Of a DNA stretch of 64,000 bases, positions 9,104 to 18,473 are shown in pieces (within the stretch, counting starts at the first letter, position 1; each line of letters starts with the position of its first letter). This DNA comes from Candidatus Bathyarchaeia archaeon (GTDB lineage: Archaea > Thermoproteota > Bathyarchaeia > 40CM-2-53-6): NCBI GenBank assembly GCA_049513715.1, contig JBEKVV010000001.1:160001-224000 (forward strand), in the 5' to 3' direction. A program made the position numbers and the translations under genes. The notes under the pieces are model-generated. The model had not been told where the DNA came from, did no database searches, and saw nothing but the letters and a program-made list of their open reading frames with translations.

Positions 9104-10093
9104 ATGGGCTCTGAGGGAAATGCGGGGATGCAAATGAGGCTTCGAACGGTCACTGCTCTATTTGGATTGATTTTCATCGTCACGCAAGCAACAGCGCAAC
9201 CTCACATTTACGCTCAAATCGTTGATCCGCAACTGCAAAGCCGTCTCTCAAGACTTGAAGATTTCCTAGTGAATCAATTCAATGCCACAGTCGGATTAGT
9301 CAGGGAATCACCTGACCATTCAATCAGTCGAGACTACTGGCTCCTGTCAGATAATTTAATCGCCATGCATGTCTTAGCGAAAGATCACCCAGAGATCGCG
9401 GTAAGAATCAATCAGACTATGCAGAAATTCGGAATATTCACCGACGGCCTACACGAAGCACTATTCGGAGCTGCCATACCGCTGCTCCCATACACGCCAA
9501 TAGTCAAGGTGGCCGAAAATGATTCATACCTTGTGAAAGTTGAGGTCAGAAGCAATGAGACGGGGAAGCTGCAACCGGACTGGACCGAATACGCTGACCT
9601 CTCAATCTACGCTGCGCTGAGCGCTCACAATACGGGCAACGATCAGCTCGCAATCTACTATTTCAACCGAGCCTTACAGATGTGGAATGGCGCGGGACTA
9701 TGGGACCGCCCAACACAGGAAGACGGATTCTATACGACGAGTAAACTCGCGTTGCTCATGTACGCGGCTGACATGCTGAATCAAACAATTCCCTACAGGA
9801 CCACGCTTGAAGACCATATTTGGCTATTCCAAAGGGAGGATGGCGGCATACGGTCGCACTACTTGGGTAATTTGACTTCGAACAGGGAAGCGAACAGTGA
9901 AACCGCTGGCCTAGGCCTCTTAGCCTATCAATACAAAATCCAGAAGGACATTCTCCAAGCAAACAGACAGGCGCAGATAATCGCAGAACAGCAAGCAGCA
10001 GCCAGAACGCAACTCATAGAGACCATAATCATAGCCGCAGTCGCTGCACTCGTTTTGGGGCTGATGCTTCTCAGGAAGATGAAAGCTCGATGA
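9104..10093 (+). CDS. Secreted, C-terminally membrane-anchored hypothetical protein (possible alpha/alpha-barrel fold)
   Basis: N-terminal signal peptide, C-terminal TM helix and basic tail (RKMKAR). Confidence 0.7.
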   Translation: MGSEGNAGMQMRLRTVTALFGLIFIVTQATAQPHIYAQIVDPQLQSRLSRLEDFLVNQFNATVGLVRESPDHSISRDYWLLSDNLIAMHVLAKDHPEIAVRINQTMQKFGIFTDGLHEALFGAAIPLLPYTPIVKVAENDSYLVKVEVRSNETGKLQPDWTEYADLSIYAALSAHNTGNDQLAIYYFNRALQMWNGAGLWDRPTQEDGFYTTSKLALLMYAADMLNQTIPYRTTLEDHIWLFQREDGGIRSHYLGNLTSNREANSETAGLGLLAYQYKIQKDILQANRQAQIIAEQQAAARTQLIETIIIAAVAALVLGLMLLRKMKAR

Positions 10094-10329
10094 GATGGAA
10101 ACTTTCCATTCTGAGTCTTGCGGCTGCTGGAATAGGAAAACGACAGTAATGAAATCGCTCAGAAACGAGCCGATTTGCGAGCAACTCACCGCACCTATGC
10201 GGTGGGGTTCTCCCGCCCCATCAAAATAAGACGTATCTGCTTTGAAAGTCACCAATAGTCTTGAGTCGGAATAAACCTCATTCTAGTTTGAGCAACCCAA
10301 TTCACCTCGAACACCCAACCGGAGAATGG

Positions 10330-11085
10330 TCATTCCTCGTATCCCGCATGCATGAACGCATGCGGTGCACCAAAAGATGGAATGAAAACATCCTCGAATC
10401 TTATATTCGAGAGGAGCTGCCTACTCGCACTATCCACGAGGCTCTTCTCTCGTTGACTGTGAGCAAGCCCAACTGATGACCCAATGTATTGACTGCAGCG
10501 GCCGCTGCATTTTTCCTTGATGTCAGAATATGCTCGTTTCAATGGATTTGAATTGCGCTTAATCCAAAACGGCCGCTCAGTAAGGTCGATGATCGCCGCG
10601 TCGAACTCCTCGTTAACGGAATGAAGGTATTCGAAAGCATCGCCGATCACGATTCTGACTCTGGAGTCTTTGAACGCTCGGTTTACTCCTTTGATGTACT
10701 TCCGGCAACATTCAACAACCATTGGGTCGATCTCAATGACGGTGACGTGCTCAACTGAAGAAGATTCAAGCAATGCCTGCACTGTCTGACCGCTTCCACC
10801 TCCAAGCACGACAACACGGGCAACCTGATTTCTCTTAGCAGTACCACAGAGGGCTTCATTGAAGATACGTGAATCATAGGCGGTATGCTGAACATTACCG
10901 TCGAGGAACAACATCCTACCGTAGGAATCATTGTCGATTATGTCTATTTTCTGATATTTCGAACGTTCCGAGAAACAGAATCTCTTGGCATGATACGCGA
11001 GATGTAATCCAGGATAAGGTTGGTACACAATGTACTCGGATTTGTCAAAGCACACCTTGCGTCCGCTAATTGACATATGCTTCAC
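10330..11085 (-). CDS. speE: Spermidine synthase-like polyamine aminopropyltransferase
   Basis: SKYQKI, GRMLFLDG, VLGGGSG, IEIDP, GDAF, IIDLT. Confidence 0.8.
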   Translation of the reverse strand: MKHMSISGRKVCFDKSEYIVYQPYPGLHLAYHAKRFCFSERSKYQKIDIIDNDSYGRMLFLDGNVQHTAYDSRIFNEALCGTAKRNQVARVVVLGGGSGQTVQALLESSSVEHVTVIEIDPMVVECCRKYIKGVNRAFKDSRVRIVIGDAFEYLHSVNEEFDAAIIDLTERPFWIKRNSNPLKRAYSDIKEKCSGRCSQYIGSSVGLAHSQREKSLVDSASRQLLSNIRFEDVFIPSFGAPHAFMHAGYEE

Positions 11086-11136
11086 TGAATGGGAAGAAAA
11101 TAATCTATATTAGACCTCTGTCGTGCATTTCAGGTA

Positions 11137-11922
11137 ATGAATCGTCCACTCTATAGCCAGCTCGTTGCTTACTATGAACTCGTCGAAGGCCGGGACTGGA
11201 AGAGTGAGGTCAACCTCATTGGTTCTGTTTTGACGAATTACGGGTCAGAATCTGTAGTTGATCTGGGGTGCGGAACTGGATACCATGTGAGAGCCTTAAC
11301 GAAGCTAGGATTCGAGGCAACTGGGATTGATATCTCGAAACAAAACATCCAGTTCGCCAGAAAGAGAGCAAAAGAGGAAAACATTCGCCCGAGCTTTGTT
11401 GACGGTAGCTACTACAAATTTCGCCCCGGTCGTGTTTTTGACGCGGCTCTCTGTTTGAACTGGTCTATCCCCGTAAGGGACGATGAAGTGAAACGGTTTC
11501 TTGATAATACGTACCACTTGCTTCGCCCCGGAGGATTGCTGATTTTCGACTTTGAGAAGGTCTCGGAAATTGTCTGGAGCGACGTTGGAAAGGCAATCAC
11601 GGAGTCATGGGATCAGCCAGGTAAGCTGATTGTAAGAGTTTCAGTTGGACATATAGCCTCAAAAGTACTATGTTCAAAGGACGTTTACCTGATCTACTGG
11701 AAGTCTTCCGAACCGACGCTGCCGGATGAGAGGTCAAGATATGAAGTTGTCAGGCAGAGCAAACGTGTTCAGATATATGTCGACAATTCCTGTGTGCGGT
11801 TCTTTTCGATGCCAGAGATAAGAGACTTCGCACGACTTTCTGGGTTCAAGACGATAGCTAATTTCGTTCTTCCGAGGAATAAGTACAAGCGGACCTATTC
11901 TGTCCTCAAGAAAGTTACCTAG
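11137..11922 (+). CDS. Class I SAM-dependent methyltransferase
   Basis: VDLGCGTG, GIDIS, LRPGG. Confidence 0.9.
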   Translation: MNRPLYSQLVAYYELVEGRDWKSEVNLIGSVLTNYGSESVVDLGCGTGYHVRALTKLGFEATGIDISKQNIQFARKRAKEENIRPSFVDGSYYKFRPGRVFDAALCLNWSIPVRDDEVKRFLDNTYHLLRPGGLLIFDFEKVSEIVWSDVGKAITESWDQPGKLIVRVSVGHIASKVLCSKDVYLIYWKSSEPTLPDERSRYEVVRQSKRVQIYVDNSCVRFFSMPEIRDFARLSGFKTIANFVLPRNKYKRTYSVLKKVT

Positions 11923-11991
11923 GTGACGTTGCACATTCTGGATCCGTGAGTGTCTGGACTGGTTGGGCGTGCAGGCTTGGTCCCGTTTGTT

Positions 11992-12645
11992 CTACCTGAA
12001 TCTCGTTCCGCATCTGTCGCAGAAGCTAGCATAGTACGCTAGTGGTGCTCCGCAGGTTGGGCACGAACCAAAGGCCCCGGGTTGTTGGAAGGGCACTTGC
12101 TGTGGTTGCGGGTAGTAGGGTTGTGGTGCAGGTTGCGGAAAAGCTGTGGGTGGGTAGGCAGCTGGCGGGTATGGGGGCGAGGCAGGAGGATACATTGGTA
12201 CGCCTGGTCGTGCTATTAGGGGAGGTCCAACGGGTCGCCCGAAGAAAGCTCGCACATTGGCCGTGCTGAGGTAGGCGAGAATCAGCCCGTAGAAGATTAT
12301 CGGGATGACGTTGGCAAGGCTACCGAAAATCAACCCCACGATTGCGATTATGAGGCCGATAATTGAGATTATCATTGTAGCTGTCCACGCCCACGGCCGC
12401 CCGGTCCAGAGCCCGTAAGCCAACACGAATGAGATGAATCCGAACGCGAAATAGGCTATGGCTAGAGGAATCAGAAAGAAAGCGAAGGCCGCTGAGAACC
12501 CCATGCCAACAAATGATAGGGCGAACGCGTAAACCGCCAAAAGAATGATACCGATCAATATGTCAATGAAACCAACAAGGATCTGCAGTACTGTCAGAAT
12601 CGTAACGCCAGGCAGCCTTGGAGGCCGGAACATGACTGGGATCAT
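11992..12645 (-). CDS. Membrane protein with Pro-rich linker and C-terminal zinc ribbon
   Basis: 4 TM segments, YGLWTGRPWAW, CPTCG...FCDRCG. Confidence 0.8.
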   Translation of the reverse strand: MIPVMFRPPRLPGVTILTVLQILVGFIDILIGIILLAVYAFALSFVGMGFSAAFAFFLIPLAIAYFAFGFISFVLAYGLWTGRPWAWTATMIISIIGLIIAIVGLIFGSLANVIPIIFYGLILAYLSTANVRAFFGRPVGPPLIARPGVPMYPPASPPYPPAAYPPTAFPQPAPQPYYPQPQQVPFQQPGAFGSCPTCGAPLAYYASFCDRCGTRFR

Positions 12646-12728
12646 CGGGCTACTCCTCGGATTTTCTATCTTGCTTCAGGGTGTTAAGAAACCTTCGAAT
12701 AGATACGTGCTTGGTCGGTATTGGTCGT

Positions 12729-12880
12729 TGGTAGCGGGGGGTGGATGTTCGGGCGTTCTTGTGGCCTTTCGAACCACCGTTTGAGGAGCCTTCGCGGCTC
12801 AATCTCAGGGTTTCTCGCCAGGATATGAGCCCTCCGCACTGAAGGGTTCTGCGGGTTAAACCTGGCTACCCCACCCCGCT
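12729..12880 (-). tRNA. Initiator tRNA-Met(CAU) with four introns (12832-12848, 12812-12823, 12780-12801, 12746-12767) and encoded CCA
   Basis: A1-U72 acceptor AGCGGGG/CCCCGCT, three G-C pairs in the anticodon stem, CAT at 12825-12827. Removing the four BHB-flanked inserts gives a 79-nt cloverleaf. Confidence 0.9.
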
Positions 12881-13364
12881 ACGTTTTGGAACCCGCAGAG
12901 ATTGTTGCCGAGCTACAGGCTTGTTGCCACGCTAGATAAGTTTGTTTCGTAAGCGCACGAGAAAGGAATCGGCAGTTCATCCAAACTGTAAGCTGAACCG
13001 CGACCGAGCCTTGGACCGTTTGTCAATTTTCTCAAAGGCCATCCAGTGGGAGTGTACCACGCGCTTCGCTTCGCGGGACAAAGAGTTCGGCTGCTATGAT
13101 TCTTCGCCTCATGGAACGTTGAGTGAAGACTTTCCTGATTTCCCAAGAATTCTTTCCGTTATCGTTTGTGGAGGCCTCTGCAAACTACCGCAGTTGGAGA
13201 ATTTTCCAGCCGGTCTCTGCCGCGGTCGCTCTGCGGAATCTTTTACACTCTCTTGACAACTTTCCTGGTGTAGATGTATGCCTTTGCTGTAAATAAGTTA
13301 ATACTTGCGCAATGGGTACGGGAAGCCTTATTCATCTTGTTTCATGCGTTTCCCCAGATCAGAA

Positions 13365-13592
13365 ATGTCATACATCGTCGTACCTAGACCACCGGTCCCA
13401 TACACTTGCTACGTACCGCAACAATGCGTTGCACCACAACCACCTGAGGTATACTATCAGCCGCCGCCACAAGCCTACTGTGCTGTTCCGCCTCCCGTTG
13501 CCTACGCATACCAACCACCCCCCGTAGTATACAGTTACCAACCACCCGGACAAATCGTCTACACACACTCACCGCCGGTCAGAGTGCAATAG
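13365..13592 (+). CDS. Small Pro/Tyr/Val/Gln-rich repeat protein, 75 aa (YQPPP repeats)
   Basis: In frame with ORF 13305..13592. (Y/A/S)YQPP occurs 3 times. Start context is shared with 284..436. Confidence 0.6.
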   Translation: MSYIVVPRPPVPYTCYVPQQCVAPQPPEVYYQPPPQAYCAVPPPVAYAYQPPPVVYSYQPPGQIVYTHSPPVRVQ

Positions 13593-13679
13593 CGCGTTTC
13601 CTCCTAAGGTAGGAGGAGCGCGTACCATCCTTTCATTTGGAGATTGGATACTTCGCGTATTCCCGGCGAGGATCCCTGC

Positions 13680-15005
13680 TTACGGCTTATGCCATATCCC
13701 TGAGGGTGGTTTGCCGCTCCAGTTCTTTTCGTGGCCGTACCTGTGCAAAGGTTTAGTCAAATGCCTGTGCGCCTTAGGTGTGGGAATATAAATTCCCGGT
13801 TGTAACGTTCTCCGTTGCCGAATGATTCGCTTCACGGCTTTGGGTTCTTTCAGATGGCATTTTTCACATCTGAACCCTTGCTTTTTCCCTGCCGATTTCA
13901 TGTGCTTGCCGCACCGTGAGCAGACGGGGTTTTCGATTTTGAGTTGTTCCGTTAGGCGGTCGACTCTAATCTTCTCCAGATTGACATTCAATGGCTGGTC
14001 GCTTTCGTTATTTCTCACTCCACCAAAAACTGTCACCTCGTCCCCTGCAATCAATTGTGCAATGATATTGCAGAGTCTGCCCGTCGGTTCGAATGCGGCA
14101 CACTGTATCGTCCCTTCATCGTAGTCTAGTGAAAAGAACACGTGCCCCCCACGAATCCTGTGAGGGTGTTTAGCTAAGACACCGTGCAGAATGATAGGAC
14201 GGTTTGGTTTAACTGTTGGGTGAATTGGGGTTTGAAGAAAGTGGTTTTCAGTTCCATGGTTTGTACGAAAGATGACCCACCGTTCCACGGGTTCTCTGAT
14301 TTTCAGTATTCGGAATGCGCGTTTGACGGCCTCTGGGTTTTCACCCCGCAAACCCAACAGAACGGGGTCAGGCCCGTGGGGTGTGATAAGCACTCGCTTG
14401 TTCTCTACGTCATAGTTGTTGAATGTTTCAGGGGATGTGAGGCGGTCCATTTTGCGGACTGATTTTTCGTCAACAAGCCTCCGCGTCCCCCAGTTCTTTC
14501 TGTCACGGTATGCCACAAGTTCGTAAGTGTGGTCGCCTGCAAGGGTTTGTCCAACGGCGGCCAGGGCTCCAATGAGGCCCAAGCTGGTTCCATATGCTGC
14601 AGCCTCCGCTCCGGATGACTTGAGGCAAATCATGGCATCGCGGCCGGTTAGGACATCCCACAACGCTCTCCGAGAAAGTTGCTTTATCGTGGCCGACGGT
14701 TCGCCTTTGACGAAGACTGCCGCAGGGTCCGTGCCTGGGTGGCCGAAATGGCTGTTGCGCTCAATTTCCTCGAGGACGGCTTCCAGGATTGGGTTGTAGA
14801 AGTGGCTCGGGATTTCAAGCCGCAGAGCTACGGCGGCGTTTCCCCGCGTCTTGTAAGGGATGTTGGGATTTAGGCGAATGATGTTGGGATAATCCGTGAA
14901 CTTGATTCCCATGTCCGAGAGCTTTTCGACCAAGCAGGCTGCAATGTAAGTGGTGCAGCCCCCCTTCGTCGAGTCTGTATCATCTATTCCTATGTTTAGT
15001 TGCAC
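13680..15005 (-). CDS. tiaS: tRNA(Ile2) 2-agmatinylcytidine synthetase
   Basis: IGIDDTDS, GGCTT, RLNPNIPYKTRGN, PHGPDPVLLGLRG, OB fold, zinc ribbon, RHLTKP. Confidence 0.97.
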   Translation of the reverse strand: MQLNIGIDDTDSTKGGCTTYIAACLVEKLSDMGIKFTDYPNIIRLNPNIPYKTRGNAAVALRLEIPSHFYNPILEAVLEEIERNSHFGHPGTDPAAVFVKGEPSATIKQLSRRALWDVLTGRDAMICLKSSGAEAAAYGTSLGLIGALAAVGQTLAGDHTYELVAYRDRKNWGTRRLVDEKSVRKMDRLTSPETFNNYDVENKRVLITPHGPDPVLLGLRGENPEAVKRAFRILKIREPVERWVIFRTNHGTENHFLQTPIHPTVKPNRPIILHGVLAKHPHRIRGGHVFFSLDYDEGTIQCAAFEPTGRLCNIIAQLIAGDEVTVFGGVRNNESDQPLNVNLEKIRVDRLTEQLKIENPVCSRCGKHMKSAGKKQGFRCEKCHLKEPKAVKRIIRQRRTLQPGIYIPTPKAHRHLTKPLHRYGHEKNWSGKPPSGIWHKP

Positions 15006-15065
15006 AATTCTAGCCCAGTCGGCATTATCCTCGGCGAACCGACCAGTGCAAGTGGACTAAAGGGG

Positions 15066-15302
15066 TTAAGTTCCTTCCACGACAATCATCGTAAGGGTGG
15101 AGCGAACCTTGTCGAGCCTGCGGATCTTCCATGTCACAATTTCCTTCAGCTTGTCCATCGAGTCAGCTTCAACTTTTGCTACTATGTCGTAGACGCCGTA
15201 AACAACGTATGATTCCTTGACATTGCTGATCTTGCGTAGTTCGCCAGCTACTTCGTCCTCCGAGCCTATCTCTGCGTTTATCAGGACAACGGCTAATGGC
15301 AT
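15066..15302 (-). CDS. Stand-alone Lrp/AsnC ligand-binding (RAM) domain protein
   Basis: AVVLINAE, VYGVYDIVAKV, VRSTLTMIV. Confidence 0.9.
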   Translation of the reverse strand: MPLAVVLINAEIGSEDEVAGELRKISNVKESYVVYGVYDIVAKVEADSMDKLKEIVTWKIRRLDKVRSTLTMIVVEGT

Positions 15303-15588
15303 TGGAAAGCCTCGACGTAAACCCATGTGCTTCGGGTAGTGCTAAAAAGATTTGCCTGCCTAGTTTTTCTGGTTGGGTCTTCGTGGTCTGGGTGAGTGCT
15401 GGTTGCGGTAGCCTGTGTTTTCTATGATTTCCCAGTGGCCTCCGGCCCTGTCTGAAGGAGCTGCCCCAAAAGCAGACCCGGCACGCCACCCGCACCCGAA
15501 AGTTAGAACTTCGAGGTCGTCCTGTGATTAGTTCTTTACTCGATAAAGGGCGTATTTCCACAGTTCTCTGGAACAGGAAGGTAGTGCG

Positions 15589-16290
15589 ATGAGATTGATT
15601 GGGTTAGTAGGTGGCACTGGCTGGGTTTCAACCGTTGAGTATTATCGCATTATGAATGAGGAGGTTAATCGTCGGCTTGGTGGGCTGCAATCTGCCTGGT
15701 GCGTTCTGTACTCATTCAATTATGCTGTAATTCATAAGTTGAATGAATCGTTCGATGCGGAAGGTCAAGGCACGTTGATGGTTGACGTAGCAAAAAAGTT
15801 GACCAGCATTGGTGCAGAGGGTATCATGCTCTGCGCTAACACTCTACATCAGTTCGCTGAGCGGGTAGAGAAGGAGATTTCTGTACCTTTGATTCACATC
15901 GCGACTGCCACAGCCAAGGAAATCAAGAAGCAGAATATCTCAACTGTTGGACTGCTGGGTACCAAATACACGATGGAGATGGATTTCTACAAGAACAGGC
16001 TGAACCGGGAAGGCATTGGAGTCCTTATTCCGAATGCTGACGAGAGAGAGTATATTCACAGTAAGGAAGTTAACGAGCTTCTCAAAGGCGTTTTCACGGA
16101 CGAGAGTAGAGCCGGATTCTTGAAGATCATGAATCGTCTTCATTCGGAAGGCGCTGAAGGCGTTATTTTGGGTTGCACCGAATTTCCACTACTTATCAGA
16201 TCGCAGGATACGACACTGCCTCTGTTCAATACATTGCGTATCCATGCTTTGGCAGGTGTAGATTTCGCTCTAGGGAACAATCATTCTTAG
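15589..16290 (+). CDS. Aspartate/glutamate racemase family (YgeA/RacX-like)
   Basis: IGLVGGTGWVST, LCANT and ILGCTE catalytic Cys motifs. Confidence 0.92.
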   Translation: MRLIGLVGGTGWVSTVEYYRIMNEEVNRRLGGLQSAWCVLYSFNYAVIHKLNESFDAEGQGTLMVDVAKKLTSIGAEGIMLCANTLHQFAERVEKEISVPLIHIATATAKEIKKQNISTVGLLGTKYTMEMDFYKNRLNREGIGVLIPNADEREYIHSKEVNELLKGVFTDESRAGFLKIMNRLHSEGAEGVILGCTEFPLLIRSQDTTLPLFNTLRIHALAGVDFALGNNHS

Positions 16291-16508
16291 ATCCGTCTAA
16301 CAGCATTTCCAATCCAACAGTATGGATCTACAAATCTTTGAAGGGTGTGGTGGGTTCAGTGGTGATTCAGACGGACACTGGCGGATCCCAACTAATCTAG
16401 GCTCAGATATACGTGGCTACCCTAGACACGCCGCGAAAGCTGGACAGAAACGACTCTGCAAAAAGACTTGCCTAACGAGAAGTCGGACATGAAAAATGAT
16501 AGGAGCGG

Positions 16509-16811
16509 TTATTCGCCTTGCAGCAGCGGCTCATCTTCAACGTCGACAGCCTCGTCAATCACGGTGACTTTATCCACGGCCCAAAACCGCGATAATGGGC
16601 TTGATTCGAGGGCGCGTCGGATCTCTGCAGTCAGCTCGCCAGCCGGTAACTCATGCTGATCTGAGTCGACAACCAAAGTCACAAGGGCAACTCGAGGCAA
16701 GTTAGACACCGGCGCAAGTATGGCGTTATTGTCATTTACGGCTTTGCTTCCTCTACTACGAAATTCAGAGCAATTCCTTATGTTATGGTGGCCGGCATAT
16801 CCGGACATCAC
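16509..16811 (-). CDS. Small hypothetical protein (start uncertain)
   Basis: The C-terminal half looks protein-like; the N-terminus is doubtful. Confidence 0.4.
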   Translation of the reverse strand: MMSGYAGHHNIRNCSEFRSRGSKAVNDNNAILAPVSNLPRVALVTLVVDSDQHELPAGELTAEIRRALESSPLSRFWAVDKVTVIDEAVDVEDEPLLQGE

Positions 16812-16937
16812 TGCTCACGAACATTACAGCGTCACCTCGGCTCAGGGTACAGTTTTGCCGCACCAAATTCAACCGTTACTGCTCAAAACCCACAACCTTT
16901 ACCAGCCCCCTAAACTGACACAGCGGGGCAAGCTTCT

Positions 16938-18473
16938 TTGCTACGCCGCAGCGCAACCCTAACCTCTCTTGACATAGCGATACTCGACATGAACTCCGAG
17001 TACCTGGGCGTTTCGACACTTCAACTGATGGAGAACGCTGGGTGCGCGGTGGCGGACGAGATTATATCTCGATTCGGGAGGGGGAGTTCTGTTGTTGTTT
17101 ACGGCGCCACAGGCAAGAACGGCGGCGACGGGATGGTCGCCGCGAGACACCTGGCTGCGCAGGACTTCAAGGTAACCTTCCGACTTGTAGGCAACAGTGC
17201 CCTAATCTCCGACGACATTGTCTCGCGCAACTGGCTAGCTCTCAGGTCCATGTCCTCAACAGTCAAAATTGAGGAATACCATGACTCTTCAAACGTACCC
17301 AAATGTGAATCGGATGTGGTTGTTGATGCACTGCTTGGCACAGGTGCTAAGGGGAGACTTCGCCAACCGATCCTCAAGGGGGTCGAAGCTATCAACAGCA
17401 GCGCGGGCTTCAAGGTCGCAGTCGACGTTCCATCCGGAGTTGATTCCGACACAGGCGAAGTGCTAGGCGAGGCCGTGCGTGCAAACCTCACCGTGACTCT
17501 ACATGCCATGAAGAACGGGTTGTTGAGGGCGAAAGAGTTCTGTGGCGAAATCAAAGTTGCTGATATTGGGATTCCGCCGGAAGCAGCGCTGATAGCTGGG
17601 CCGGGAGATGTCGCAGCTGTTGCCATCCGCCGACTTCCGGAGGCACATAAAGGACAGTTCGGCCGCCTGCTAGTCATTGGAGGAAGCGAAATCTTCACGG
17701 GAGCGCCGTCCCTTGTCGCCCTCGCGGCCTACAGAACGGGCACTGACCTAGTCTTCATTGCAGCTCCAGAGAACACTGCAAACATAATTGCGTCAATTTC
17801 CCCAAATCTAATCACAATCAAACTCCCAGGTCCGAACCTGGCGATTTCACATTTCAGACTTCTGCGCGAACAGTTGGAGAATGCAAGCACCATTGCAATT
17901 GGGCCTGGGCTAGGATTAGCGAAGCCAACGATTTCGGCAGTCAGGAAAATCGTGGGTTACGCGTATCAAGCAAAGAAACCGCTCCTGCTGGACGCTGACG
18001 GTTTGAAAGCTCTCGGCGTCATAAGAAAGCAAATCTTCCTCCCCACAACCGTCGTGACGCCCCATGGAGGCGAATTCCAAGCCATAACCGGCAAAGCCGC
18101 ATCACGAGACCTGAACACTCGCTCAAAAGAAGTGAGGGAGTTCGCGGCAAGAAGTGGGGCTATCGTGCTGCTGAAGGGACACACTGACATAATCTCTGAT
18201 GGTGACCGCTTGAAATTGAACAACACCGGAAACCCAGGCATGACGGTGGGAGGAACCGGAGACGTCCTCTCCGGCATTGTTGCCGGTCTAATGGCGCAAG
18301 GCGTTGACCCGTTCAGGGCGGCTGTCGCAGGCGCCTTTGTAAACGGGGCAGCAGGAGACATCGCTGCCGACGTGCTCGGGTACCATTTGACCCCAACTGA
18401 TCTCCTAGAACACATCCCTAAGGTGTTTAACGACCCGATGAGCTACAAAGTCATTCGTGAGAAACGACTGTGA
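16938..18473 (+). CDS. nnr: Bifunctional NAD(P)H-hydrate epimerase/dehydratase (NnrE-NnrD)
   Basis: LMENAG, GKNGGDG, DVPSG, HKGQFG, GPGLG, TPHGGE, LLKG, GGTGDVLSG. Confidence 0.96.
   Translation: MLRRSATLTSLDIAILDMNSEYLGVSTLQLMENAGCAVADEIISRFGRGSSVVVYGATGKNGGDGMVAARHLAAQDFKVTFRLVGNSALISDDIVSRNWLALRSMSSTVKIEEYHDSSNVPKCESDVVVDALLGTGAKGRLRQPILKGVEAINSSAGFKVAVDVPSGVDSDTGEVLGEAVRANLTVTLHAMKNGLLRAKEFCGEIKVADIGIPPEAALIAGPGDVAAVAIRRLPEAHKGQFGRLLVIGGSEIFTGAPSLVALAAYRTGTDLVFIAAPENTANIIASISPNLITIKLPGPNLAISHFRLLREQLENASTIAIGPGLGLAKPTISAVRKIVGYAYQAKKPLLLDADGLKALGVIRKQIFLPTTVVTPHGGEFQAITGKAASRDLNTRSKEVREFAARSGAIVLLKGHTDIISDGDRLKLNNTGNPGMTVGGTGDVLSGIVAGLMAQGVDPFRAAVAGAFVNGAAGDIAADVLGYHLTPTDLLEHIPKVFNDPMSYKVIREKRL

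Noticed and set aside
12913..13256. Possible decayed DUF3227-like gene (ILGKSGK...RIIAAELF fragments)
   Set aside because: Similarity too short and spread across frames to support
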